Under the pieces are notes generated by a model. It ran no database searches. It was not told the DNA's origin and was given only the letters and a program-made list of their open reading frames with translations. Source: Methanobacteriota archaeon (GTDB lineage Archaea; Halobacteriota; Bog-38; Methanoflorentales; Methanoflorentaceae). Taken from it: 64,000 nt of DNA. Location: positions 1-64,000 of the forward strand of contig CAVRAO010000012.1 in NCBI GenBank assembly GCA_963719035.1, given 5' to 3'. Shown here in pieces: positions 10,369-19,764 of the stretch (positions are counted from its first letter, which is position 1; every line of letters starts with the position of its first letter). The translations under genes were made by a program, and so were the position numbers.

Positions 10369-11178
10369 ATGAAGGAACTTGAGAGCCGGTGGGCTTTGTC
10401 TGACCTGCAGCGTACTATCAACTGGTGCGCACGTCGGAACGCCCAGGGTATCCGATGCATCATCGACATACTTGGGGAATACGCGCGTGACGAACTCCAG
10501 GCTACCAGTTCGGTTGAGACTTATTTAGTCGCTGCAAAGGCAATTTCTGATCATGGGCTAAATGCATCGTTAACCGTCAAATTGAGCGCGCTGGGGGTTC
10601 TGTTCAATCGGGAGGGGTGCCGAAAAAACGTGCAGAGAATCGCCCAGGAAGCAGCAAACCTCGGCGTCGGATTCGAAATCGATATGGAAGGGCAAGGTTT
10701 GGTCACGTACGCGATCGACGTGGCAACAGCTTGTGTGGAAAAAGAGTATAGTATAAGCCTTGCATTGCAAGCGTATCTTGACCGCACTCGTGATGACCTC
10801 AAGCGCGTGTCGGCGCTCGGCATCACAGCGCGGATCGTGAAGGGTGCGTACGTCGGCTCAATCAAGGACTTTGCTGAAATCCAGCGGCGTTTCAAGGAGC
10901 TTGTAAGCGTCCTACACGCACGACCGACTTTTTTTACAGTCGGGACACACGATCCCGAGGTCCTCGAGTGGACAAAGGCACAAATGGGGGCGAAGCGAGA
11001 CTTAATCGAGTTTGGCTTCCTTAAAGGTCTTGCAGATCGAACGAAGGTCGCAATGGCTCAAGATGGGTGGCGCGTTTCGGAATACGTGCCGTTTGGTGAG
11101 GGTCTCGCTGCATATGAAGCGAGGCGCAAAAAATATCTGAACGAGCTTCAGAAGCTAGGCAGGATCTCCGTTCCTTAG
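10369..11178 (+). CDS. Proline dehydrogenase family protein
   Basis: D.LGE, VKLSALG, IDME, LQAYL.RT, RIVKGAY, GTHD and YVPFG motifs. Confidence 0.85.
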   Translation: MKELESRWALSDLQRTINWCARRNAQGIRCIIDILGEYARDELQATSSVETYLVAAKAISDHGLNASLTVKLSALGVLFNREGCRKNVQRIAQEAANLGVGFEIDMEGQGLVTYAIDVATACVEKEYSISLALQAYLDRTRDDLKRVSALGITARIVKGAYVGSIKDFAEIQRRFKELVSVLHARPTFFTVGTHDPEVLEWTKAQMGAKRDLIEFGFLKGLADRTKVAMAQDGWRVSEYVPFGEGLAAYEARRKKYLNELQKLGRISVP

Positions 11179-11465
11179 GCGCCAAAATAGATGCAACGCT
11201 ATAGTGAGCTAGGAGTTCAAAAAAAAACGCTAGCGTGCGCTTCGTTTTCCTAAGACCCAATATATCGCGATTCCGGCAGCCAGAAGCACCCCCATAATCG
11301 CCATGTTTTTTGGCTCTGCGTATGTACGGGCAGGACTTGTCACACTGCTTTTAGATTAGCCCACGCGCAGATTATTATGGTTGAGCACAAGCTACGCTCA
11401 TTCTTCAGTTCGATGCATCGGGGCGCTCTTTCTTATCCCCGAGCTTGCAAAAGGCTGGGGATGGG

Positions 11466-11993
11466 TTACACCCATCTCCCAAGAATGCCTGAGACTATCG
11501 ACTCTAATCCGAAGATTACCAGGAACACCGCGAGCAGGAACACGAGCGTTGCCAAGCCGACACCCGGGAATATTATCACGGCAAAGCCTATGATAATGCC
11601 AAGTATCCCGACGATGAGCCCTCCTGCTGTACCGCGCGCGGCACTAGCTATCCCGGCAAACAACAATGCTAAGCCGAGCAGATAGACGAGCGTTAGCGAT
11701 CCATAGATAAACGGATTGGCGATTACAGCGGCGGCGATTATGATTGCCAGCGCTGACAGAATCAGATTGAGCAGTCGTCGCCATCCAGTAATGCCTTTTG
11801 CAAATACTCGTATGAAGTAGTCAATTCCAATTATAATCAGTGCGATTGCTAGGAAGAGTATGAGCGTTGCTATTGCCACTCCTGGATACGCAATAACGTA
11901 GCCGGCTAGGACAACGATGATAAAACCTGCGATGATTTCAAGGATTCGCAGCCACATAGAACTCTTTTGTTGATCAGCAGTAACAATTTCCAT
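11466..11993 (-). CDS. HdeD/DUF308 family membrane protein
   Basis: Repeated helix-Pro-helix units; RBS GGAGGTGA. Confidence 0.8.
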   Translation of the reverse strand: MEIVTADQQKSSMWLRILEIIAGFIIVVLAGYVIAYPGVAIATLILFLAIALIIIGIDYFIRVFAKGITGWRRLLNLILSALAIIIAAAVIANPFIYGSLTLVYLLGLALLFAGIASAARGTAGGLIVGILGIIIGFAVIIFPGVGLATLVFLLAVFLVIFGLESIVSGILGRWV

Positions 11994-12204
11994 TCAATTT
12001 TCACCTCCTTTGGCGTTTTAGAAGTTATCTGCATTAGCGTGTTTATATCGGTTCCGGTTTGTCAAATAGCCGTTAAAATGCGAATAGTGGGCATCACACA
12101 GTGCGTTTCGAGCCAGAATCGTCCCATAAGAGTGTCTCGTAGAAAGGAACCGTGAGTTCTCCTCTAAGCTCTAGGTATGGCAAAAAAAGAAAGAGAGCGG
12201 CGTG

Positions 12205-12765
12205 CTAGCCGCTTTTCCTGGCTGCTCCCGATGCGATGAGCTCGATACCGAACAAGCCGAAGATCAGAGCCACCAACCAGCCGATGAGTGTTTCGCCAAG
12301 CCCAGGCCAAACGATCACTGCTATAGCAATCAGTAGCACTATTACACCAATTACTATACTTCCTGTTCTGGCCCACTGTGGCACTCCAGCGCCTACTTCG
12401 AATCCTGCGAATGATATTCGTCCAATAGCGCTTAACAATAGTCCGAGCGCGAATAGGAAGATGACCAATGCATTGCCTAAGTCCGGGTAAATTATACAAT
12501 AAGCCCCGAGAGCCAGAACAATAATCCCCAGTATGACGTTGAGTATTCTGGCCCATCCCGAAAGGACGTCTGAAGTAGCTCCGCGTACTGCTAGGAGCAC
12601 CCCGAGGATTATCAATCCTATCGCAAGCAAGGTCCTGACTAGGCCAACTCCAAGGCTCGGATTAAAAACGAAGTACACTGCTATAACAAGAAGAATTATG
12701 CCGGCAATGATCTCGAGGAGACGAGCCCACATTGGGGTACCTTTTTCAGCCATTTTTGATTTCAC
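12205..12765 (-). CDS. HdeD/DUF308 family membrane protein (tandem paralog)
   Basis: Shares W.R.LEIIAG and W.R.LN.IL with the neighbouring gene. Confidence 0.8.
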   Translation of the reverse strand: MKSKMAEKGTPMWARLLEIIAGIILLVIAVYFVFNPSLGVGLVRTLLAIGLIILGVLLAVRGATSDVLSGWARILNVILGIIVLALGAYCIIYPDLGNALVIFLFALGLLLSAIGRISFAGFEVGAGVPQWARTGSIVIGVIVLLIAIAVIVWPGLGETLIGWLVALIFGLFGIELIASGAARKSG

Positions 12766-12975
12766 CTCCTTTATAAATTGTCAGTTTTATGTTGCGTCAA
12801 GAGTTTATTTATATTTGCCGCTTTGTTAAGTCAATCAGCTCGCTTGACCGCGTTTTTGGCGCTTTTAGAGCACTGTCAAGAGCTTTGTGCAGTTTTAAAG
12901 CCGTTAGTTTGAACAGCGACTCCTAGCGAGGTAACTAGTCAACTGCTTCTACGTGCCGTATAACAGCGTTACTGC

Positions 12976-13435
12976 GTTACAGACGGATGTAACAAACCTT
13001 CTTATAGCGGTTAGCGTAAGACTTGTTTGCCAAGACCATTCAAGGCGGTTTGTTGCAGCGCCACACGTTACGTGATGTTGCTTCCTTAGAAGGTGTTTTT
13101 AAGAACAAACCATGACCTCAGTTTGGTAGCACTGCCCCAAAGGAGAATGCGTGGCGCTGCCTCCTCCTTTTTTCCATATCTCTTAGCTAGCGGCGGATTT
13201 TGCACTTATCCTAAGTTGAGGTGCAGTCTACTCATCGCAACATGTGTTGTGTGCCAATCGCATGTCTTTGCTGCGCCGTGAAGCTAACTAGCTGGAGATT
13301 GTACAACTAGACCCCTTAGCGCGTTTTTCGTAAGTTTGTAGGAGCGGGTGCAACACAAAGGATGGGACACTTTGCGATCGAACGGCCGGCATCCACTTAT
13401 CCTACTATGAAGGGGGAGAGGGACCTATGCAATCT
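12976..13435 (+). ncRNA. Candidate multi-domain structured RNA A
   Basis: Four domains closed by 8-12 bp stems; the last has five collinear helices; no credible ORF. Confidence 0.45.
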
Positions 13436-13529
13436 TAAGTAATGTTTGTCCTCCTTCGCCCTAGATCAGCAATAGGTAGATTAATAGTAAATTAATAACT
13501 AAACCGATTTTACAGGAGTTAGGGATCCA

Positions 13530-13869
13530 ATGGACACAACGAATATCGAAAGAATCCAAAAAAAGCTGCAAACGGATTGGGCCGACTGGACTAATGACGA
13601 CGACAATCAATGCATAACCATATGCAAAAAAGAGCTGATGGTTGCAATTCAGGGTACTCAACGCTTATCTCGTGAACTATGACCTAAAGACGAGAATTGA
13701 AAAGGACCCCGCCGCGAAGGTCTGTGAGTTTTGCGAGAAGACGTACAAAGGGGCCGAACCAGTCTGTAACACATGTCTATTAGACATGAAATTCAGACTC
13801 CGTAGGCTCAGCTATTTGTTAAGCGAAGAGGACATACGCAAAATATATACTGAACCCATCGTTCTGTGA
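13530..13869 (+). pseudogene. Cys4 (CxxC-x10-CxxC) small protein, copy 1, with an extra G at CAGGG (~13651)
   Basis: MDTTNIERIQKKLQTDWADW aligns with the 14390 copy; frame shifts before VLNAYLVNYDLK. Confidence 0.75.
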
Positions 13870-13925
13870 CTTAGCCTCATCACTGAGAAGAACTTTTTTT
13901 TGCATTATATTTTCCTTCTTGAGGG

Positions 13926-14320
13926 CCTAGAAGCAGTGCGTTGTGTCTTCTGTGTAACGGATGGTGCGAAATTTGGCACCGCACCCAGAAGATAGAAAGG
14001 GCCTAGACAAGTAGCTCAGACGTAATGAGTGGGATAAGCAGCAGGGTGGTCGCAATATGGCTAATAGCTGCTTATACAACTATCATTCAATCGTAGTCCC
14101 GTTAGCTGTCTACACCCTCCCGTTCGTTGCTCCAAGTGACGTAACGCGAGTGACACAACCACTCAAGAGGTAACTACCGGTTTAAGCAGCCAGTTAGTGC
14201 GTGTTCTGCGTGTTTTTAGGTATAGGAGACTCGGTGGTCGGAATGCACCCCCTACGCTCAGCCGTAATCTCCAATCAAATGCTTGGAAAGGGCAGAAACG
14301 TTCATTTTAAGCAATTGTGG
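13926..14320 (+). ncRNA. Candidate multi-domain structured RNA B
   Basis: 10-bp closing stem plus several internal hairpins; no ORF. Confidence 0.45.
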
Positions 14321-14389
14321 GCGCATTGATGCTTATAGGATAAAAAGACTAATCAAGTAGCTTGACTGTACAAGGATAAATGTGATCTA

Positions 14390-14728
14390 ATGGACCCGAT
14401 GGACATCGAAACACTCTACAAAAAGCTGCAAACGGATTGGGCCGACTGGACTGATAACGACGACCATCCATGCATAACCATATGCAAAAAAGAGCTAATA
14501 GCTGCAAATCAAGCAATCAACGCGTATCTCGTAAACTATGATCTAAAGACGAGAATTGAAAAGGACCCTACCCCGAAGGTCTGTGAGTTTTGCGAGAAGA
14601 CGTACAAGGGGGCTGAACCAGTCTGCGACAAATGTCTATTAGACATAAAACTAAGGCTCCGTAGGTTTAGCTTTTTATTAAACGAAGAGGACATGCGCAG
14701 GGTATATGGTGAACTGTTAGATCGGTAA
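14390..14728 (+). CDS. Cys4 putative Zn-binding small protein, copy 2 (intact)
   Basis: CEFC..x10..CDKC, plus CITIC; close paralog of 13530. Confidence 0.75.
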   Translation: MDPMDIETLYKKLQTDWADWTDNDDHPCITICKKELIAANQAINAYLVNYDLKTRIEKDPTPKVCEFCEKTYKGAEPVCDKCLLDIKLRLRRFSFLLNEEDMRRVYGELLDR

Positions 14729-15012
14729 CTTAGCCCCCCTCAAAACTGCCGGATCTTGAATAATATTCTCGTTTTTGAAGGCCAAAAAGCAGTAGTTTAC
14801 GTCATCTTTGTAATGGCTGGTATATGGAGTTTCAGCTAAGCACGCTGGTTTGCGATGACTCGGACAAGGTTGTAATTTACGCACCAGCGTGCTGCGTACC
14901 ACTGAAGGTAATCAATTCGGCACAACAAGACCGATCATTTCGTCTTAGCAATATATAGAGCGCTGCGACCTTTCCAATGGCTTTTTTTGATGATTTTAAT
15001 GACTTACGCGCG

Positions 15013-15222
15013 TTAGTCCATAAAGTAGTCAAGCGCCTCTGGACAGCGGTTCGTTAATTGTTCGTAGAACCTCCGAGTGAGGTCTCGCGTGCTTGTATCG
15101 AGAGCGTGCTTATAAGCTTCTACGAGAGGGGCTGGCAGCTTTCTTTTTCGCTTCATAATGGTAACGACGGTCTCTAAGGATACATCAACCTCTTCCGAGG
15201 AACTCCAGATACTGTCTGTCAT
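15013..15222 (-). CDS. Small hypothetical protein
   Basis: Helical protein-like translation from MTDSIW. Confidence 0.45.
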   Translation of the reverse strand: MTDSIWSSSEEVDVSLETVVTIMKRKRKLPAPLVEAYKHALDTSTRDLTRRFYEQLTNRCPEALDYFMD

Positions 15223-15482
15223 GCTATTACGGTTAATCCGTCTTTCTAGATAAGACCGTGTCACCCTTGTCGCTCACGTGCTAAACCGACACTCGAAGGT
15301 TGAGGCGTTGCAGTGGTTTGCGTTGATGCGTTCGAACCCGCTTGCCGTTAGCAGCCGCATACCATCTCCTACAACACATCGCGGCCTTCAAATAGCTGTG
15401 CGCGATTTAAATAGGACGACCAACAGAGACGACAAAGAGCAATCGACGCATAAATTTAGCGCTCTTGTAGGAGGGGGCGATT

Positions 15483-15923
15483 ATGAAGTATCACAACATC
15501 CTCGTCGGAACCGACGGAACGGCAATCATGGATGCCGTCCTCGACGAATGCGCATATCTTGTCCAATTGATGAGAGCGACGATCCACGTAGCGTACGTGT
15601 TAGATACTACGGGCCTTGGCGCTCAGCCGATTGACGCGACGTGGGAAGAGATGCACGTCATAGTCAAATCAGAAGCGAGGCGCATCCTCGAGGTAGCACG
15701 AGAAGCGCTTGTGAAGAGGGGCGTAGCAGAAGAGTCAGTTATAGAGATCGTGTTCGAAGGACACCCGGCTGAAGAAATGAACAAGTACATCAAAGACCAC
15801 GCGATCGATCTCATTATTATAGCCACACGGAAGGAAAGGCTCAGATCGACTGCTTAGAGGCAACCTAACCGACAAGTCATCAGGATGGCTATGGTTCCAG
15901 TGCTCGTCGTGCACGGCGCGTAA
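15483..15923 (+). pseudogene. Universal stress protein with two small deletions in the C-terminal motif
   Basis: ILVGTDG and EGHPAEE; repair gives ATHGRKGSDRLLRGNLTDKVIRMAMVPVLVVHGA*. Confidence 0.8.
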
Positions 15924-16149
15924 ATGGGCATCTAAGCATGAAATGGCGAATTTGGGAGCTAAAGAGGCAATTTCACACAGCTAGGTGTCTGGCGTTGATG
16001 ATGTGGGTGGGCTGGGGAAGCACGTTCGAAAGCTGGGAGGTATGTGCAAAAGGTGTCGTAGTACTAATACGAATGAGAAGTGCGGTTCATATCTTCTTAT
16101 AAATATTACTGGATAAATATATTAAATATGAGAACTAGTACATGATCAT

Positions 16150-16299
16150 GCTAATGGGGCGATACCTCGGTGGGGGCGTTGCGTGCAGGCCTACTTGCAC
16201 GATTGCCTAATTTCCTTACACCTGCAGGCTTTTTTTGGATTCACCTCCCTAGCTACAAGGCAAGGTTAAACGGCAGCGCCTTCGATCTTCCCCATTAGC
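16150..16299 (+). ncRNA. Candidate 150-nt sRNA
   Basis: Perfect 10-bp terminal stem; TATA-like AT tract about 25 nt upstream; internal hairpins. Confidence 0.45.
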
Positions 16300-16497
16300 C
16301 TCCTTTCAATATCTGCAATGAGGGGTCTTACTAACACTTCTTTTTCGTTCGGCATCAAAGGGCGGTTGCAGTGGCGTTACATGTAGCTTTATTTCTCTAC
16401 ACCAGTGATTGAACAAATATCTCCATCATAGAGAGAGGGGCAATCAAGCGGAGTGCCAAACTAGCTTTGACAGGTGGGCTTGGTTTTCCAATGCGGT

Positions 16498-17754
16498 TTA
16501 TAAAAACATGGTAACGATAAGCCCTACACTTAGCCCGATCATGATAACTACGGTCGTCCACGTAATGTAGTTGTAGATCTTCGAATTGACGTGGTCACCC
16601 ATCACCCGCTTATCGTTAACGATAACGAGCATGAATATTAGGACAATGGGTAGAAGGATCCCATTAATAACTTGAGAAACGTATAGTATAGAGAGCAGGG
16701 GGACGTCCGGAATCATTATCACGAGCGCACTTACCGCGATAATACCCACGTAGAGGCCGTGAAATGCCGGCGCTTCTTTGAAACTCTTCGAAACGCCAGC
16801 TTCGAGACCCAAGCCCTCACTCACGACGTACGCCGTGGAAAGCGGTAAGATGCTAGCTGCAAACAGGGAAGCGTTGAGAAGGCCAAACGCGAAGAGGACA
16901 CCCGCATATTGTCCCGCTAAAGGCAACAATGCGGCTGAGACATCGGCGACATTATTGACCTGGACTCCATTTGTGAAGATTGTTGCGGCGCACATCACCA
17001 CTATGAAAAAAGCGACGATGTTTACGATGATCGCACCGGTGAAGGCATCGATTCGTGAATAGATTAGATCCTTCACAGGTACGCCTTTTTCGACGATTGA
17101 TGACTGAATATAAAACTGCATCCACGGGGCGATCGTTGTTCCAACTAAGCCAATGAGCATGGCTAAGTATGCTTGGTTAAAACTAATCTGGGGCAACGCG
17201 ACACGAAGCGCTGCTTGGTTCCAATCGGGATGCGCCAATAACCCTGCTAAGATGTATGAGACGTAGAGCAATGACGCAGCGAGAAATATTTTTTCTACAC
17301 TTTTGTAGCTCCCTTTGACGACGAGCCCCCAGACAAATACCGCCGCTAACGGAAGCGCAATCAAGCGGGAAACGCCAAATATTCCTGCGCTCACTGCTAT
17401 GCCAGAGAACTCAGCAAGGGTATTACCAAAATTCGTCAACAGCAGCGCAAACATCAAGAAAAAAGTAATGCGCACGCCTGCTCGTTCCCGAATGAGACTG
17501 GCAAGGCCTTTCCCCGACACGACTCCCATTCGTACGCCCATCTCTTGAATGATAGCAAGCGCTATTGTGATGGGAATAAACGTCCACAGCAAGACGTAGC
17601 CAAACTGGGAACCAGCGAGAGAATACGTGGTAATGCCGCCCGCGTCGTTATCGACGCTTGCGGTAATAATGCCAGGGCCCATTATTGACAGAAATATGAT
17701 TAATCTAGTCAGCGTGGGTCCTCTTAGGTGCCGAAGGAAAATGTTGTAGTCCAT
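16498..17754 (-). CDS. NRAMP-family divalent cation transporter, Mg2+-type (NRMT-like)
   Basis: GPGIIT..DNDAGGITTYS and GTTIAPW motifs; multiple TM helices. Confidence 0.9.
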   Translation of the reverse strand: MDYNIFLRHLRGPTLTRLIIFLSIMGPGIITASVDNDAGGITTYSLAGSQFGYVLLWTFIPITIALAIIQEMGVRMGVVSGKGLASLIRERAGVRITFFLMFALLLTNFGNTLAEFSGIAVSAGIFGVSRLIALPLAAVFVWGLVVKGSYKSVEKIFLAASLLYVSYILAGLLAHPDWNQAALRVALPQISFNQAYLAMLIGLVGTTIAPWMQFYIQSSIVEKGVPVKDLIYSRIDAFTGAIIVNIVAFFIVVMCAATIFTNGVQVNNVADVSAALLPLAGQYAGVLFAFGLLNASLFAASILPLSTAYVVSEGLGLEAGVSKSFKEAPAFHGLYVGIIAVSALVIMIPDVPLLSILYVSQVINGILLPIVLIFMLVIVNDKRVMGDHVNSKIYNYITWTTVVIMIGLSVGLIVTMFL

Positions 17755-17770
17755 GGGTTGGCCTCAACGG

Positions 17771-19012
17771 TCAGCCAAACATCTTGGGCACTTTTTTCTT
17801 CCACGCAGTGGGCAAAACAATGTCAATCGCATCGTCCACAGTAACGATGCCTTTAAGCTTGGTCTCCTTTTCGACGACGGGGAGCGCAAGTAAGTTGTAC
17901 TTCGCAATTTTTCGAGCGACCTCGTGTTGATCCTCTCTGACGTCGGCGGTAATAAGATCCGTATGCATCAGCGTGGCAAGCTTCGTGTCAACAGGCGCGG
18001 TAAGGATCTCGCGAAGCGAGGTGACACCGACGAGATCGTTGCCATTAGATGTAACGTAAATATAATAGATTGATTCCACTGATTTTGCGGCTTTCCGGAC
18101 CTCTCCGAGGGCCTGCTCGACTGTCTGCTCTTTGTTAACCGCGATAAACTCATTTGTCATGATGCCGCCGGCCGTGTCCTCTGGATACTCTAGGAGCTCT
18201 TTTATGTCCTCCGATTCGTCCGGCTCCATGAGCTCTAAAATAGCTTCAGCACGATCAGCAGGTAAGTCGCCAAGGAGGTCTGCTGCGTCGTCTGGTGACA
18301 TCTCTTCTAGAATATCAGCGGCGCGCTCAGCGTCCATTCCTTCAATGAGCGAGACTTGCCGCTCTTCACTTGTCTCTTCGAGCGTGTCGGCTGCTGCCTC
18401 CTCATCGAGAGAGTTGATGAGCGTTAGCCCCTCTTGGAGATTGAGCTGATCGACGATCTCAGCGATATCAGCGGGGTGGAGCTGCGTTATGTTGTACTTA
18501 GGGACGGTCAACTTCACGCTCATAGGGTCGCTTCGTATCGAGTCGACGTCCGTCCAAGCAATGTAGTTCTCTTCGGGGTGAATCCCCATGCGCTCTGCCA
18601 TGCGCTCGATTCCAAGCCGTCGCAAGAGCCCCGTAACGCCAATGTCTACGCCGATAAGGCGGTAAGAGCCATTCGTTGGTGCGAGCCGCAGATCGTTCAC
18701 GCGGCGCAGCTTCTTTCCTTCAACGTCAACGACCTGTCGGTCGAGCACATCGGAAGCGAGAAGCACCTCGTGCTCCTCTTTTTGGTATGTAGCGACGTCA
18801 TCCGCCGCCACTTTCAGTCGCATGTCCTTTTCTAAGCGTTCAACTTGCTCCGACGGGATGGTGACAGTTTTGCCTTTTGCCGTGCGGACGCTGAGTGCCT
18901 TGACCTTCGGATAGGGGCGATCGGCTGACACGACAACGTCAACAAGTTTTCCGACCGTTTTTCCCGCGTTGTCAACTACCGGCTTTTTTATTATTTCGCT
19001 TAGAAAGGGCAT
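17771..19012 (-). CDS. PRC-barrel + MgtE N-terminal + CBS-pair soluble protein
   Basis: HPADIAEI, MSPDDAADLL, YPEDTAGGIM and GIVTVDD motifs; no TM domain. Confidence 0.9.
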   Translation of the reverse strand: MPFLSEIIKKPVVDNAGKTVGKLVDVVVSADRPYPKVKALSVRTAKGKTVTIPSEQVERLEKDMRLKVAADDVATYQKEEHEVLLASDVLDRQVVDVEGKKLRRVNDLRLAPTNGSYRLIGVDIGVTGLLRRLGIERMAERMGIHPEENYIAWTDVDSIRSDPMSVKLTVPKYNITQLHPADIAEIVDQLNLQEGLTLINSLDEEAAADTLEETSEERQVSLIEGMDAERAADILEEMSPDDAADLLGDLPADRAEAILELMEPDESEDIKELLEYPEDTAGGIMTNEFIAVNKEQTVEQALGEVRKAAKSVESIYYIYVTSNGNDLVGVTSLREILTAPVDTKLATLMHTDLITADVREDQHEVARKIAKYNLLALPVVEKETKLKGIVTVDDAIDIVLPTAWKKKVPKMFG

Positions 19013-19026
19013 CGATCTCTCCTCCG

Positions 19027-19494
19027 TTACTCTATCAGTGGGACTATCTCCTCCTTCACGCGCTCCATGACGATCATTTCGGTCAGATCATCAACGCCGT
19101 CAATCGAGCGTATTTTACTATTTATGACGTGATTGAGCTCTTCCATGTCGTGAGCCCAGAGCTTTATCAGAAGATCATACTCTCCCGACACGCTGTACAC
19201 CTCGGAAACTTCTTCGAGCTTCGAGAGCGCGATTTTCGCCGCGCCATGTTTTTCGGTCTCTGTCTGGATGATGATAATCGCGGTCATTTCGAGGCCGATT
19301 GCTGGTGGGTCGAGGATCACGGTGTACCCCTTGATCACCGTCCGTTCAAGCCGCTTGAGCCGGTGCCAGATGGTCGCATCAGGCACGTCGATCTCTTGTG
19401 ACATCTTCGATATCGTAATTCGCGCGTTCTTCATGAGAGAATGAAGGATTGCTAAATCCGTCTCATCCATTTCAGAGTCAACGTCTTCCGTCAT
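19027..19494 (-). CDS. Lrp/AsnC family regulator
   Basis: [19 protein letters not shown]...IKGY and SGEYDLLIK motifs. Confidence 0.9.
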   Translation of the reverse strand: MTEDVDSEMDETDLAILHSLMKNARITISKMSQEIDVPDATIWHRLKRLERTVIKGYTVILDPPAIGLEMTAIIIIQTETEKHGAAKIALSKLEEVSEVYSVSGEYDLLIKLWAHDMEELNHVINSKIRSIDGVDDLTEMIVMERVKEEIVPLIE

Positions 19495-19764
19495 AGATAC
19501 AGTCGAGTGTATTACTCTACATTTATATGATTTTCGGTGGAATACCAAAAAAAATTATTTTTTATTAGAAAATAACTAATAATTGCGATCGATTTGAGGA
19601 AATAATCAATTTTTTAAAAGCGTCTAGGGACGCACATTACGGTCTCGCGCTTGGCGTCGAGAACCACTCAACTACGTGCCTATCCAGGGGTGCGATAATC
19701 TGCTGAACGACGTAAACGACGTAACACGAAGGGGGTCCAGCACTTCGAGCTGCACCGCTCAAAA

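Noticed and set aside
13936-13940. Group II intron 5' GTGCG
   Set aside because: No domain V or VI and no reverse transcriptase remnant
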